Positions 19,358 to 32,821 of a stretch of 64,000 nucleotides of DNA are shown one piece after another; position 1 is the stretch's first letter, and each line of letters opens with the position of its first letter. Source of the DNA: Thermoplasmata archaeon. Its GTDB lineage: Archaea; Thermoplasmatota; Thermoplasmata; Thermoplasmatales; ARK-15. Position numbers and translations under genes: made by a program. Location: positions 101,361 through 165,360 of the forward strand of contig JAVYRZ010000001.1 of assembly GCA_038729465.1 (NCBI GenBank), written 5' to 3'. The notes under the pieces were generated by a model, which worked only from the letters and a program-made list of their open reading frames with translations, did not search any database and was not told the DNA's origin.

Positions 19358-21759
19358 TTTGTTTTCAATTTTGTAACTGCGGATACAAAATCATTCTCTT
19401 TTAAGTCAATCAGTTTCACTCCCATTGTCTGTCTTCCCAGTAATGGAACCTCTCTGATCTTAAATTGTATAGTGCTACCATTTCTAGTAATGATAATCAC
19501 TTCATCATCCTCTGTTACAGATAATATGTCCACCATAGCGCCAGTTAAATTTGTAATCTTATGTCCTATAACACCAGTGCCGGCTCTCTTAATTTTTCTA
19601 AATTTATCGATTCTGGACCTTTTTCCTTTTCCAAGCTCTGTCACAGTAAAAATTTCAGTGCCTTCAGAGTCTAGACAACTACCAATTACTTGATCATCTT
19701 TCTTCAGTCTTATGCCACGTACACCCATGCCGGTCCTGCTAAGAGGCCTTATGTCTGCTTCTGAAAATCTAATAACTTTTCCATCTTTTGATCCTATAAA
19801 TATATCGTTTTTGCCATTGGTAAGCTTTATACTCACAATCTCATCATCATCCTTTAAGGTAATTGCAATTTTTCCGCTAATACGTATGTTTTTATAATCT
19901 TCAATATGCGTTTTCTTAACAATCCCTTTCTTCGTAACGATCAGAATGTAAGAGCCCTCAAACTTAGATACACGTATTGTAGCCTGAATCTTTTCATTAT
20001 CCTGCAATTTTGGCAAAAAGTTGACAATAGCCTTACCTTTAGCTCTTCTAGAGACCTGTGGGATCATGTATGTTTTGATGCTGTATACTCTACCCAGGTT
20101 TGTAAAAAATAGAAGATAGTCATGGGTATTTGCAATAAATAGGTCTTTTGTAAAGTCAGTCTCATCGCTGTCTGTCAAAATTCCAGTACCACCTCTTCCT
20201 TGTGTCCTGTATTCTTGCATAGAAATTCTTTTTATGTATCCGTTATTGGTTATCAATATTACCACATCTTCCGATGGGATGAGATCTTCAGTTTCTCTTC
20301 TTTCTATCTCCTCTTTCAAAATCTCGGTTTTTCTATTGTCCCCATATTTTCTTATAAGCTCTAAAAATTCATCTTTCATAATATTATATCTTAGGTTTTC
20401 GTTATTCAGGATATCTTTTAAAGATTCAATGTTTTTTAATAGATCCTTTTCTTCATCGTCTAGATTTTTTCTCTCTAACCCTGTAAGTTTTTGCAGTCTC
20501 ATATCAAGTATAGCTTTAGCCTGAATCTCCGTAAAACCAAATTTGCTCATTAAATTATCTCTGGCAACTGAAGTGTCATTAGATGCTCTAATCAAAGAGA
20601 TGATCTCATCAATGTGATCCAGTGCTTTAATTAGCCCTGATACAATGTGTTCTCTTTCCTGTGCCTTTCTAAGCTCAAATTCAGATCTTTTTATTATAAT
20701 ATTCATTCTAAACTTGACAAACTCTGAAATAAGCTCTTTTAAGTTGAGAATCTTTGGGACATTATCTACAAGCGTGAGATTTATAACATTATACGATATT
20801 TCTAATGGTGTATGCTCAAATAATTGATTTAATATTACATCAGTATTTGCATCTTTTTTTACTTTTATAAGTATTCTAATTCCCTCTTTATTAGATTCAT
20901 CCTTTAAACCTATAATGCCGGTTAAAGTGCCTTCTTTTGATAGTACCCCAATAGCTTTTAACAGTTCTGATTTATTGACTTCATAAGGTATCTCTGTAAA
21001 TACTAGATCCACGTACCCCTCATGTTTTTCTATGTGGTACTTTGATCGTATTTTAAAAGATCCTCTCCCTGTAAGATATGCCTGTTGCATAGAACTATGC
21101 CCAATAATAATGCCGCCAGTGGGAAAATCTGGTCCCTCAATAAAATTTAAAAGTTGTAAAATATCGCAGTCTCTGTTATCAATATAATATATTATAGCAT
21201 TTAAAATTTCAGAAATGTTGTGTGGTGGCATCTTGGTAGCCATCCCTACCGCAATTCCTGAAGTTCCATTAATCAGTAGATTTGGAACTTTGGAAGGCAA
21301 CAGTAACGGCTCCTCGAGTGAGCCATCAAAGTTTAGAACTTTGTCAACAGTATCTTTTTCAATATCCTCCAGCATATCCCCAGAGATCTTTGTCAGACGC
21401 GCTTCAGTGTACCTCATAGCTGCGGCAGAGTCTCCATCAATGCTACCAAAATTACCTTGGCCATCAACAAGTGGATATCTCATAGAGAAATTTTGAGCCA
21501 TATGAACAATAGAATCATATATGGCAGTATCTCCGTGTGGGTGATATTTACCCATAACCTCTCCCACTATTCTAGCACATTTTTTATACGGTTTATCATG
21601 TTCCAAATTCAATTCGTACATAGAATACAATATTCTTCTCTGCACAGGTTTCAGACCATCTCTAACATCAGGCAGAGATCTGCCCACTATTACGCTCATT
21701 GCATAGTCCATGTATGATTTTCGCATTTCCTGCTCAATTGCAGTAATTTTTTCTGGCAT
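19351..21759 (-). CDS. gyrA: DNA gyrase subunit A
   Basis: 802 aa with [31 protein letters not shown] active-site Tyr region and a C-terminal beta-pinwheel. Confidence 0.95.
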   Translation of the reverse strand: MPEKITAIEQEMRKSYMDYAMSVIVGRSLPDVRDGLKPVQRRILYSMYELNLEHDKPYKKCARIVGEVMGKYHPHGDTAIYDSIVHMAQNFSMRYPLVDGQGNFGSIDGDSAAAMRYTEARLTKISGDMLEDIEKDTVDKVLNFDGSLEEPLLLPSKVPNLLINGTSGIAVGMATKMPPHNISEILNAIIYYIDNRDCDILQLLNFIEGPDFPTGGIIIGHSSMQQAYLTGRGSFKIRSKYHIEKHEGYVDLVFTEIPYEVNKSELLKAIGVLSKEGTLTGIIGLKDESNKEGIRILIKVKKDANTDVILNQLFEHTPLEISYNVINLTLVDNVPKILNLKELISEFVKFRMNIIIKRSEFELRKAQEREHIVSGLIKALDHIDEIISLIRASNDTSVARDNLMSKFGFTEIQAKAILDMRLQKLTGLERKNLDDEEKDLLKNIESLKDILNNENLRYNIMKDEFLELIRKYGDNRKTEILKEEIERRETEDLIPSEDVVILITNNGYIKRISMQEYRTQGRGGTGILTDSDETDFTKDLFIANTHDYLLFFTNLGRVYSIKTYMIPQVSRRAKGKAIVNFLPKLQDNEKIQATIRVSKFEGSYILIVTKKGIVKKTHIEDYKNIRISGKIAITLKDDDEIVSIKLTNGKNDIFIGSKDGKVIRFSEADIRPLSRTGMGVRGIRLKKDDQVIGSCLDSEGTEIFTVTELGKGKRSRIDKFRKIKRAGTGVIGHKITNLTGAMVDILSVTEDDEVIIITRNGSTIQFKIREVPLLGRQTMGVKLIDLKENDFVSAVTKLKTNQ

Positions 21760-21772
21760 AACAAATTCCTCC

Positions 21773-23728
<1,956 letters not shown>

Positions 23729-23775
23729 TTATCTAAATATATACTTAATGCTTACATTAAATAAAAATGTTTTGA

Positions 23776-24396
23776 TTAATTTTTTTTAGCTATGTAGAGC
23801 AAAGAATTTTTTTTATATAATTTTTTATTTATAAATCTATCTTTTTCATAAGTTTTTTTCTCTATGATCTCAAAATCTTTTAATAAATTTAGAATCTCAA
23901 GATTTTCAAAATAATGAGTAACTATATTATTTCCCCTTAAATATGTATATTCTTCTACGGGATATCCCTTACCAACTCTGAAATCATTTATATCGAATAC
24001 TTCCAAAAATAACATGCCATCATATTTTAGTAGCTTATAAACAAGATTAATTATTTTTTCTCGTTCGTTTTTCAAAAAATGATCCAATATATGGATCATC
24101 AGAATCTTATCAAAAGTTTCATCTTTAAATGGTGGTGATAAAATATCTCCCTGCACTAATTCAGTATTAGTTTTTATTAGCTTGAGAGCATAAATAGATA
24201 CATCTAATCCTATAATATTGTATCCCTCATCATAAATTGGAGTAAGAGTTTTACCATTGCCACAACCCACATCCAGAATAAAATCGTCATTATTTAAAAA
24301 CATTAAAATGTCATTCAAATTGTAATTTTTGCCTCTCCATAATATTCCTCTTCTACGGTACTCTAGATCCCATGCTCTCTTTGTCTTTAAGTCCAT
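23776..24396 (-). CDS. Class I SAM-dependent methyltransferase
   Basis: Motif I ILDVGCGNGK, 206 aa. Confidence 0.7.
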   Translation of the reverse strand: MDLKTKRAWDLEYRRRGILWRGKNYNLNDILMFLNNDDFILDVGCGNGKTLTPIYDEGYNIIGLDVSIYALKLIKTNTELVQGDILSPPFKDETFDKILMIHILDHFLKNEREKIINLVYKLLKYDGMLFLEVFDINDFRVGKGYPVEEYTYLRGNNIVTHYFENLEILNLLKDFEIIEKKTYEKDRFINKKLYKKNSLLYIAKKN

Positions 24397-24399
24397 AAT

Positions 24400-25122
24400 T
24401 CAATATTCTTTCAATTTTGCAGCAATGTTCATTGCTAGTTCAACATCCTCCATTTCCATCGCCAGGTCTGCTGCAGAATCATAGATATCTGAATATGAGT
24501 TTTTAAAAGCTTTTCTCTCTGTTTTTTTGAGGGATTTAGTATATGAATCTATTAGGTCAATGGCCGACATTAAATATTCCAATGCTTTGTTAAGTTCCCC
24601 ATGCTCTCTCTCTAAATAGCTTATGTTTTGTAATGAAAGGACAAAATTCTCTAAATCTTTGTTTTTTTCAGATATATCTTTGGCTTTTTTAAAATACTCC
24701 ATTGCTTTTTCTTTATCTGACCAGTAAAGTATTCCAAGATGGTTGAATATTTCAGCTTCTATGTATTGGTTTTTATTTTTTAATGCCAGATCCAACGCTT
24801 TTTGCAAATTATCTTCCGCATTTTTCTGGTCGTTTTCAAGATCTATAGTGCTCAGATATATGAGATCTTTAGCTATTTTTAAGTCGTCTCCTTCGTTAAT
24901 ATGTATTTCTAAAGCTTTTTCTGCATATTCTTTGCTCTTAGAAATATCTGCCGGAGAATTATATAGGTAACACTGTGAAATTTTCAAAAGTAAGTTTGAC
25001 AAAAATAAGGCATCATTTTCTTTGTAATCAGAATATATCTGTAAATATCCTTTCAAAGCCCTAGAAAACTCTTCTTTGTCATATAGCTTGTCTGAGTCCT
25101 TTAATAATTTTTCATCTACCAT
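24400..25122 (-). CDS. TPR-repeat protein
   Basis: 240 aa of repeated 34-aa helical units (A..Y..AL.....). No catalytic motif. Confidence 0.55.
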   Translation of the reverse strand: MVDEKLLKDSDKLYDKEEFSRALKGYLQIYSDYKENDALFLSNLLLKISQCYLYNSPADISKSKEYAEKALEIHINEGDDLKIAKDLIYLSTIDLENDQKNAEDNLQKALDLALKNKNQYIEAEIFNHLGILYWSDKEKAMEYFKKAKDISEKNKDLENFVLSLQNISYLEREHGELNKALEYLMSAIDLIDSYTKSLKKTERKAFKNSYSDIYDSAADLAMEMEDVELAMNIAAKLKEY

Positions 25123-25215
25123 ATCTGGGATTATAAATTCTAATAATTTAAATGTAACGCCTTGGAATATAAAAAATTAATATTTATAATAACATTATTA
25201 TTTATATGTAATAAG

Positions 25216-25245
25216 ATTTATTTTTTTTAAATTTATTTTTTTTAA
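25216..25245. repeat. Perfect tandem 2 x 15 nt (atttattttttttaa) inside a 458-bp extremely AT-rich spacer
   Basis: Read directly: 25216-25230 and 25231-25245 are identical. Confidence 0.9.
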
Positions 25246-25580
25246 ATTTTTAAATATTAACTGCGAATTTATATATAATAATATAAAAATATTAATTACA
25301 AAAAAATAAAGAAAATAAAACATAACTAAAAACATTTATCATAAACACTTTTAAAGGTAAATACTTGTAAATTTTATTTTTATATAATTAATTTTTTTAA
25401 AAAAATATTTATATAAAATATATACTATTAATATTATATATGTTGAGCTTGTTAAAATATTTGTAAAAAAATATAAAGAAAATAGGCTAAAAAATAAAAA
25501 ACCTTAAATATGCAAATTTTATCATCGGAATTGTTTTATCAATCATTAAAGAGATAAACCTTTAATGGAGGTTAAAAAAG

Positions 25581-25985
25581 ATGGTAGTTGGAATTCACAT
25601 AATATTGGACTTCTACGGAGTAGACGAAGAGATCTTGAACTATGTAGAGAGCATGAAACCTATATTCGAGAATACAGCAAAAGAGGCTAAGCTTACTAAA
25701 ATATCTTCCGATTATTATCAGTTCAGGCCAAAAGGATGCTCTGGCATAATTTTACTTGCAGAATCTCATTTATCCTTTCACACTTGGCCAGAATATAAAC
25801 TGGTCACGCTAGATATTTTTACCTGCGGGGATCAAAAGCAGGCATATAGTGCATTTTATATTTTAGAAAAATACCTAAAACCTACAAAAGTATCTCAATG
25901 CATAATTGAGAGAGGCACTGATGCACCTGAAAAAACCTATCCTGAAATCTCTACCGAAGAGATAAAAATTTCAGATCTAAATTAA
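25581..25985 (+). CDS. speH: S-adenosylmethionine decarboxylase proenzyme (pyruvoyl, SpeH type)
   Basis: 134 aa with the self-cleavage motif [19 protein letters not shown] is 8 nt upstream of the ATG. Confidence 0.85.
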   Translation: MVVGIHIILDFYGVDEEILNYVESMKPIFENTAKEAKLTKISSDYYQFRPKGCSGIILLAESHLSFHTWPEYKLVTLDIFTCGDQKQAYSAFYILEKYLKPTKVSQCIIERGTDAPEKTYPEISTEEIKISDLN

Positions 25986-25996
25986 AGGTTATTATT

Positions 25997-26542
25997 ATGT
26001 TTACTATTGTTCCGTCTAAAGTTTTTTTTACAAAAGGAATTGGAAGACATAAAAGTAAATTGGGCTCTTTTGAAAGAGCCCTAAGAGATGCAGAAATTGC
26101 ACAGTTTAACCTGGTAGAAGTCAGTTCGATATTTCCACCTAATGCAGAGATAATATCTAAAGAGGAAGGATTGTCAGTCTTAAAGTCTGGACAAATCCTG
26201 TTTTTAGTACTTGCACAAAATTCTTCTGATGAACTTAATAGATTAATATCTGCTGCTGTAGGATTGGCGATTCCTAAAGATAGAAAAATGTACGGTTATT
26301 TAAGTGAGCATCATAGTTTTGGAGAAACTGAACAGACAGCAGGAGAGTTTGCTGAAGATCTAGCAGCAGAGATGCTGGCATCTACACTTGGAATAGAATC
26401 ACATCTGGTATGGGATGAAACTAAAGGTATTTACAAGCTTGATGATAGAATATTACTAACACAACATACTGTAAGTACTACAACTGTAGAGAAGCCATCA
26501 GAATGGACCACTACATTGGCCGCCGCAGTACTCATTCCTTAA
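25997..26542 (+). CDS. pdaD: Pyruvoyl-dependent arginine decarboxylase
   Basis: 181 aa, with a PvlArgDC-family pattern including the [11 protein letters not shown] cleavage region. Confidence 0.8.
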   Translation: MFTIVPSKVFFTKGIGRHKSKLGSFERALRDAEIAQFNLVEVSSIFPPNAEIISKEEGLSVLKSGQILFLVLAQNSSDELNRLISAAVGLAIPKDRKMYGYLSEHHSFGETEQTAGEFAEDLAAEMLASTLGIESHLVWDETKGIYKLDDRILLTQHTVSTTTVEKPSEWTTTLAAAVLIP

Positions 26543-27418
26543 ATCTTTAGCAGTGTTGTGAGCTAATTTTATTGGCTCTGGTGAGCCTTTCTTTGTCAGA
26601 TTTTTTATTATTTTGTATGCACTTTCTATAGATATTTTATGGCCGGGGGAAATATAATTTTTTTGTAGGATCTTCCCAACTAAGGCATCATCTAAATATA
26701 TCCTGTTATCTAAAACATTTCCAGTTAAAAGAGATTTTGCAACACCTATTGTAGTAATATCTAGTTTTACCCCAACATAGGATGCTATTCCGAATCTGGA
26801 GGGATGCAGTATTCCATTTCCATCAATAATTAATATCCCATCCTTATCAGCATATTTTAATATCAAATCTCCTTCCCGATACGAAAAATAGGTTGGGATA
26901 TAAGGGAAAGAAACAGTGTCGATATACGTTTTTGTGGATACAATATCCCCGGTTCTTAAATTAAATTTAACAAAGGCTATGAATGATAAATTCCTAAAAT
27001 ATGAAACATCCACCCCAGTAACAAAATATGAATCAATAGAATCTTGCAAAATCACTTTTTTAGATAATTCAATTTGTTCTTTCTTTAACTTTTGAAGTGG
27101 ATAATCGGATTTAAAATCTGTAAAAAGTATGTTTTTAAAGTCTATAATTCTACCTCTGTCTACAGTTACTCCTTCTCTCTTCAAAAGATTAATTTTCTCT
27201 GAGATGCCGTTTGGATGTGTGAACCCACCTAGAGTCCCATCTGAACTAACAACCCTATGGCAAGGAATAATAACTGGCTCGGGATTCTGAGATAACATTA
27301 CTCCTACCGCACGTGCAGCAATTGGGTCACCTAATGCATTTGCTAGCGATCCATAAGTTGATACCCTCCCAGGCGGGATCTGTTTGACGAGAGCATAGAA
27401 AATTGAAAATAAATCCAT
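26498..27418 (-). CDS. Fusion protein: O6-alkylguanine-DNA alkyltransferase domain (N-terminal) + endonuclease V domain (C-terminal)
   Basis: N-terminal half has IPCHRVV active site and GRVSTYG. C-terminal half has EndoV-like [29 protein letters not shown] and GVAKS. Confidence 0.8.
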   Translation of the reverse strand: MDLFSIFYALVKQIPPGRVSTYGSLANALGDPIAARAVGVMLSQNPEPVIIPCHRVVSSDGTLGGFTHPNGISEKINLLKREGVTVDRGRIIDFKNILFTDFKSDYPLQKLKKEQIELSKKVILQDSIDSYFVTGVDVSYFRNLSFIAFVKFNLRTGDIVSTKTYIDTVSFPYIPTYFSYREGDLILKYADKDGILIIDGNGILHPSRFGIASYVGVKLDITTIGVAKSLLTGNVLDNRIYLDDALVGKILQKNYISPGHKISIESAYKIIKNLTKKGSPEPIKLAHNTAKDLRNEYCGGQCSGPF

Positions 27419-27504
27419 GTTTTATCTTTAGTCTGTTCATCTATTTATACCTTCAATAAGAAATTTTATCAACTTAAAACGCTTCTAAGCATTTGTGATT
27501 TAAT

Positions 27505-28335
27505 GTGATTTTGCTACTATTTTCAGAAGATGACCCTGCATCAATAAATATTTACGAGAACCTTTTGAATTTGACTAGCTTTGATTTTTTTGGTAATTTT
27601 GAAGGAAAAAGAGTACTTAATAATGAAAAATATTTTCTGATAAAGATTGAAAAAGATAAAACATATGCTAATTTTCTTGACCTTAAATTAAAAAAAAGCT
27701 TGAAAATATCATTTGATACAATTATTGTAGCATCTAAACACGAAAGTAAACAGAAAGTAAAGAGTTTGACTGTACATCCAGTTGGCAATTTTAATAATGC
27801 TGATCTAGGCGGTTTGCCTAAGACACTTGTCGGTGCAGAACCATCACTTATGTCTCAAGCTCTAAGAATTATGAAAGAGAATAAAGTTGAAGGATACCAA
27901 ATTTCTCTAGAAGTTACTCATCATGGCCCAGCATTGCAGAATGACACTTTTTTTATTGAGATCGGGGCATCAGAAAAAGAATGGAATGATAAAGATGCAG
28001 GTTTTGCTATTGCAAAGACCATTATATCATTAGAAAAAAATGAGCAGCCCACATTTATTAGTTTTGGTGGAGGCCATTATGCGCCACAAGTAACGGATTT
28101 AGTATTAAAAAATAAGCTTAATGTAGGGCATATGGCATCAAAATATACTATTGAATTCTTAGACAGAGATCTTGTGGATCAAATGATTGAAAAGTCACAT
28201 AATCCGTCATATGCCTACTTTGTGAAAAGCTTGAACATCGAAGAGAAAAAAAAGTTACAGATGCTATTAAAAAACAAAAACATAAAAATTTTAGATCAGG
28301 ATACTAAGGATTGGAACCAGGCACTTGATTTGTAA
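27505..28335 (+). CDS. dtdA: D-aminoacyl-tRNA deacylase, archaeal DtdA type
   Basis: 276 aa with FSEDDPAS N-terminus, HPVGN, VTHHGP and FGGGHYAP motifs. GTG start. Confidence 0.75.
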   Translation: MILLLFSEDDPASINIYENLLNLTSFDFFGNFEGKRVLNNEKYFLIKIEKDKTYANFLDLKLKKSLKISFDTIIVASKHESKQKVKSLTVHPVGNFNNADLGGLPKTLVGAEPSLMSQALRIMKENKVEGYQISLEVTHHGPALQNDTFFIEIGASEKEWNDKDAGFAIAKTIISLEKNEQPTFISFGGGHYAPQVTDLVLKNKLNVGHMASKYTIEFLDRDLVDQMIEKSHNPSYAYFVKSLNIEEKKKLQMLLKNKNIKILDQDTKDWNQALDL

Positions 28336-29726
28336 ATATTAAAATATTCCTCTGAGCTAGCTTTATATTTCAGTGAAGGATCTTTTTTTATAGCCATAAC
28401 TAAAAAATTTTTACAAGCACTTTCATTTTTTTTCCAAGCCATTATCGCTGCCTTGTAATACCATGTAGGCGCATGATCCATTGAAACTTTAAGTATTTCA
28501 TTGAAATACCCTTCTGATCCTCCAATATCCCCTGATTTGAACAAAATATACCCATTATAAAAATTATTTTTTAGATGATCTTTTAATCTACTTGCCAGTG
28601 TTTTTGCAATATCAAAATATTCTATGGATATTAAATATTCTACAATTCTAATAAGACTATTATCAGAAACTTCCAAGTCATTCAATATCTCAGGCAATTT
28701 ATGCAAATTTTCTTTAAAGTCATCTAAATCATGCTCGAGGGTTGCAGAGTCTGATAAGATGGCACTTTTGATACGATCAATATTTTGATTGGATTGAGTT
28801 TCAGTTTCTATTTTTGTAGCATCTGTTTTTGTTTCGAATATGCTTTCAAACATGTTAGATGCAAGCTTATCTTTGTTACTCTCTATTTCTGTTTTATTGG
28901 GATTCATTAATTGATCCAAATTTTCCTTTAAATCAAGTGCTTCTATATTTTCTGGATCAGTGTTTAGAATATTTAATATGATATCTTTTGCATAAGTATA
29001 AAGCTTATCATTTATCAGGAATATTGCCTTTTCTATGAGCAAAGCCTGATTATCTGGATAAAGTTTTAATCCCTCGTCTATATATTTTTCGTCTTTATCG
29101 ATTATAGCTAACTTTTTGTATATCTCAGGCAACTCATCCAATTTGCCTTTAGACTTTAAATATTCTACTTTTTCTAATAGCGCATCTTTATTGTTTTCAT
29201 CCAGTTTTAAGATCTTATTTATTATTTCTAATCTGTCCTCTACCTTGTTAATAATCTCTTTATAAATTTCTAATGCTTTGTCCTTCTCTCCCTGAATCCT
29301 ATAAATATCTGCTAAAAGTATCTTTGCATTTATGTTATCAGGATTATTATTAAAAGCTTCTTTTAAACATATTAGGGCATAGGGTAGCTGTCTGTTTTGG
29401 CTTACTAATACTTTACCAAGGTTAAACCATGCCTCTGCATTTTTAGGGTCTAAAGACTTAGCTTTTTCAAAATAGTCAATAGATGCATCTTTGTCATCTA
29501 ACCTAACTAAGGCAATACCTACATCTGTTAATATTTCTGATATTTTTAAAGCATTTTGATTTAAATCCTCAACATTATCAAATTCCGCGATTGTCGGCAA
29601 TATTTTTTTGTATGTCAACTTTGCTTTTTCAGGATTGGATTGTTCATAATCTTTTGCGTCATTGTACATATTGTTGACCGATTTTAAAAGACTCGAAGCG
29701 GTACTTTTTCTTTTAAGCAATGGCAT
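28296..29726 (-). CDS. TPR-repeat protein (476 aa)
   Basis: Multiple TPR-like units (AWFNLGKVL, ALEIYKEII, and others). The 3' end overlaps dtdA by 40 nt. Confidence 0.55.
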   Translation of the reverse strand: MPLLKRKSTASSLLKSVNNMYNDAKDYEQSNPEKAKLTYKKILPTIAEFDNVEDLNQNALKISEILTDVGIALVRLDDKDASIDYFEKAKSLDPKNAEAWFNLGKVLVSQNRQLPYALICLKEAFNNNPDNINAKILLADIYRIQGEKDKALEIYKEIINKVEDRLEIINKILKLDENNKDALLEKVEYLKSKGKLDELPEIYKKLAIIDKDEKYIDEGLKLYPDNQALLIEKAIFLINDKLYTYAKDIILNILNTDPENIEALDLKENLDQLMNPNKTEIESNKDKLASNMFESIFETKTDATKIETETQSNQNIDRIKSAILSDSATLEHDLDDFKENLHKLPEILNDLEVSDNSLIRIVEYLISIEYFDIAKTLASRLKDHLKNNFYNGYILFKSGDIGGSEGYFNEILKVSMDHAPTWYYKAAIMAWKKNESACKNFLVMAIKKDPSLKYKASSEEYFNIYKSSAWFQSLVS

Positions 29727-29882
29727 ATTTCAAATCACCGATAGAGATTTAAGGAGTATATTGATTAGTATTAATAAATTCTTCTATAATATCTTTTTTG
29801 CATTATATACTAATGCAATTATTAATGTGTAAAGTTTTAATTAAAAAGCTTTAAATAAAATCATTTGATTAATCTATCTATC

Positions 29883-31556
29883 ATGGATATTATTAAATTG
29901 TATAAGAACAGAGCGAGGCAGATTGTAGAAAATAAAATAAAGGCACTATATGGAATTAACTACAATGCGATGATTATAGATGCCAAAGAAGGCTATGGAG
30001 ATTTATCTTTTCCTTGCTTTGAACTAGCTAAGATATTAAAAAAAGATATAAAATACGTTAGTTCTGAGATCGTTAATATAAAAGATGATCTTTTTGAGAA
30101 AGTTATAGCAGTAGGGCCATATATTAATTTTTATATAAACAGTACTCACATCAATAAAATCACAATTGAAACAATTTTAAAGGACAATATGGATTATGGC
30201 ACGTTTGATAAAAAAAATGAAATAATAATACTAGAGCATACAAGCGCAAATCCAACAGGTCCATTGCATATTGGGCGAGCTAGAAACACTATAATCGGAG
30301 ACACGCTTGGTAGAATATTGAAAAAGTATGGATATACTGTGATAATTCATTATTTTGTGAATGATATTGGCAAACAGGCTGCTACCCTGATCTGGGGTAT
30401 TAAGGAATTTATGATAAAGGAAGAGCCAGGGAAGCAGGACAGAATACTGGTTAAGTATTATCAAAAAGCATCAGAATCTGAAAAAAAAGAATTAAATGTT
30501 AGTGAATTAGTAGAAAAATTTGAGGCAGGAGATCTAGAGCTAATACAATATTCCAGGAAATACATCTCTAGAATTTTGAATGGCATAGAAGAAACAGTAA
30601 AAAAACTGAATGTAAGCTATGATCTATTTTTTTATGAATCTGATCTAATTTTGGAAGGATATGTGAAAGATATAAAAGATAGATTAAAGCCATATATAAA
30701 AGATGAGGCAGGCGCCAAATATATTGATATTCCTGAGTTAGAAGGCAAAGAGAAAGTATATTTGTTCAGAGCAGATGGAACTTCATTATACTTAACTCGA
30801 GACATAGCATATCATCTTATAAAGGCCAGAGAATCAAAGTTTTTAATTGATGTATTAGGAGAAGATCATAAAGCCCATGCAGAAACTATAATGAAAATTT
30901 TAAAAAAGATTGAGCCCGATCTAAATATTGTGCCTATTTTTTACTCTTTTGTATCTTTGCCAGAAGGAAGAATGAGCACTAGAAAAGGTAAGGTGATATA
31001 TCTGGATGACTTGATAGATGAGGCGGTTCAAAAAGCTAAAGAAGAGATTGAAAAAAGGAGAGAGGTACCTACAGAACTATTGGATAATATAGCATTTAAA
31101 ATTGGTACAAGTGCGGTAAGATATAATATAATAAAGGTACAGAATGAAAAAGGCATAGTTTTCGACTGGCAAGAAGCTTTGAACTTTGAAGGTGACTCTG
31201 CACCTTTTATTTTATATACATATGTGCGGGCAAAATCAATACTAGACAAAGAAGAAAATTTAAAAGATTTTGAACCAGCGCTGTTAAAAGATCCTCAAGA
31301 GTTAAAATTGATAAAGTTATTAGCAAAATATTCAGAAATAATAGAAATATCCGCTAAAGAGTATAAGCCATATAAAATTGCAATATACAGTTTTGATCTG
31401 GCAATGCAATTCAATCAGTTTTACAGGGACTGTCCCGTATTAAAGGCTGATACCGCAGAGCTGAAAAATGCAAGGTTAGCGCTTGTAAGAGCCTTTAAAA
31501 TCGTAATCGAGAACTGTGCATCATTACTTGGCCTCAATATGCCTGAAGAGATGTAA
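29883..31556 (+). CDS. argS: Arginine--tRNA ligase
   Basis: HTSANPTGPLHIGRARN (HIGH region), MSTRKG (KMSKS-like) and a DALR anticodon-binding end. ATG at 29883 preferred to the TTG at 29865. Confidence 0.9.
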   Translation: MDIIKLYKNRARQIVENKIKALYGINYNAMIIDAKEGYGDLSFPCFELAKILKKDIKYVSSEIVNIKDDLFEKVIAVGPYINFYINSTHINKITIETILKDNMDYGTFDKKNEIIILEHTSANPTGPLHIGRARNTIIGDTLGRILKKYGYTVIIHYFVNDIGKQAATLIWGIKEFMIKEEPGKQDRILVKYYQKASESEKKELNVSELVEKFEAGDLELIQYSRKYISRILNGIEETVKKLNVSYDLFFYESDLILEGYVKDIKDRLKPYIKDEAGAKYIDIPELEGKEKVYLFRADGTSLYLTRDIAYHLIKARESKFLIDVLGEDHKAHAETIMKILKKIEPDLNIVPIFYSFVSLPEGRMSTRKGKVIYLDDLIDEAVQKAKEEIEKRREVPTELLDNIAFKIGTSAVRYNIIKVQNEKGIVFDWQEALNFEGDSAPFILYTYVRAKSILDKEENLKDFEPALLKDPQELKLIKLLAKYSEIIEISAKEYKPYKIAIYSFDLAMQFNQFYRDCPVLKADTAELKNARLALVRAFKIVIENCASLLGLNMPEEM

Positions 31557-31561
31557 AACAA

Positions 31562-32752
31562 TCACGCGAACATCTGACCAGATACTATGTTTTTATTATT
31601 TTCTTCCTGCGTAGATACTTTTTTAATTGCTTTCTCAAAGTCGTACATTGTGATATAATCTCTTTTTTCACGAATAGCAAACATTCCTGCTTCTGTGCAA
31701 ATCGCTTTTATATCTGCGCCAGACATATTATTGGTTTTTTTGCTTAAAACCATAAAATCTATGTTTTGTAAATTCATTTTCTTTGTATGAATCTTAAAAA
31801 TTTGGGCCCGAGCATCTTCATTTGGGGCTGGAATATCTATAATTCTATCAAATCTGCCAGGTCTAATCAGGGCCTCGTCTAAAATATCAGGTCGGTTAGT
31901 GGCAGCAACTATTTTTACGTTTCCTAACGGATCAAATCCGTCCATTTCTGCCAATAATTGCATCAAAGTTCTCTGGACCTCTCGATCTCCAGAGGTAGAT
32001 GCATCCTGTCTTCTTGCACCAATTGCGTCAATCTCATCAATAAACAAAATTGAAGGAGCCTTCTCTTTTGCAAGATCAAACATTTCACGAACCAATCTTG
32101 CACCTTCTCCTATATATTTTCTTACAAGTTCAGAACCCACTGTTCTTATGAACGTAGCATTTGTATTGTTTGCTACAGCTTTAGCAAGCAAAGTTTTGCC
32201 AGTTCCTGGTGGCCCTATTAACAGCACACCTTTTGGTGGATCTATTCCCACTTTTTTATATATATCAGGGTTTAAAAGTGGTGTTTCAACAGTTTCTTTT
32301 ATTTCAAGAATCTGTGATTCCAAGCCCCCGATATCTTCATAGGAAACTCCAGGTTTGGTAATTATTTCAGCAGCGATCACTGAAGGATCATAGCTCTCAG
32401 GTAATACTCCAATAACTGCTAAAGTAGTTTTATTCAAAGCAACTCTTGCCCCTGCCTTAACTTTTGTAGGAGCTATGAACTCGCTTAATCCAACCACAAA
32501 AGACGGTCCAGTAGTACTCTTTACTACCGCTTTCTTATCGCTTAAAACATCCTCAACATATCCTAACAAAAGAGGCGGTGCCCTCATCCGGTTAAGTTCT
32601 CTCTTTGTCCGCTCAAGCTCTATTTGTAAACGTTTTAATTCTGCCTCTAAAAACTTTTTTTCATCCTCTGTAATCTTTAACTGTCTACTCAATTCAATTT
32701 TTTCTTCATCGAATCCTAATTCTCCATCTGTAATAGATTCATCTTTTACCAT
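31562..32752 (-). CDS. pan: Proteasome-activating nucleotidase (AAA+ ATPase)
   Basis: N-terminal coiled coil, OB domain, [16 protein letters not shown] and SGAD. Confidence 0.9.
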   Translation of the reverse strand: MVKDESITDGELGFDEEKIELSRQLKITEDEKKFLEAELKRLQIELERTKRELNRMRAPPLLLGYVEDVLSDKKAVVKSTTGPSFVVGLSEFIAPTKVKAGARVALNKTTLAVIGVLPESYDPSVIAAEIITKPGVSYEDIGGLESQILEIKETVETPLLNPDIYKKVGIDPPKGVLLIGPPGTGKTLLAKAVANNTNATFIRTVGSELVRKYIGEGARLVREMFDLAKEKAPSILFIDEIDAIGARRQDASTSGDREVQRTLMQLLAEMDGFDPLGNVKIVAATNRPDILDEALIRPGRFDRIIDIPAPNEDARAQIFKIHTKKMNLQNIDFMVLSKKTNNMSGADIKAICTEAGMFAIREKRDYITMYDFEKAIKKVSTQEENNKNIVSGQMFA

Positions 32753-32821
32753 CTTAAGACCTCACATAAACAATAAACAATATATTTATCTTCTGTATAT
32801 ATCTTTTTTGGTAATGGAAGT

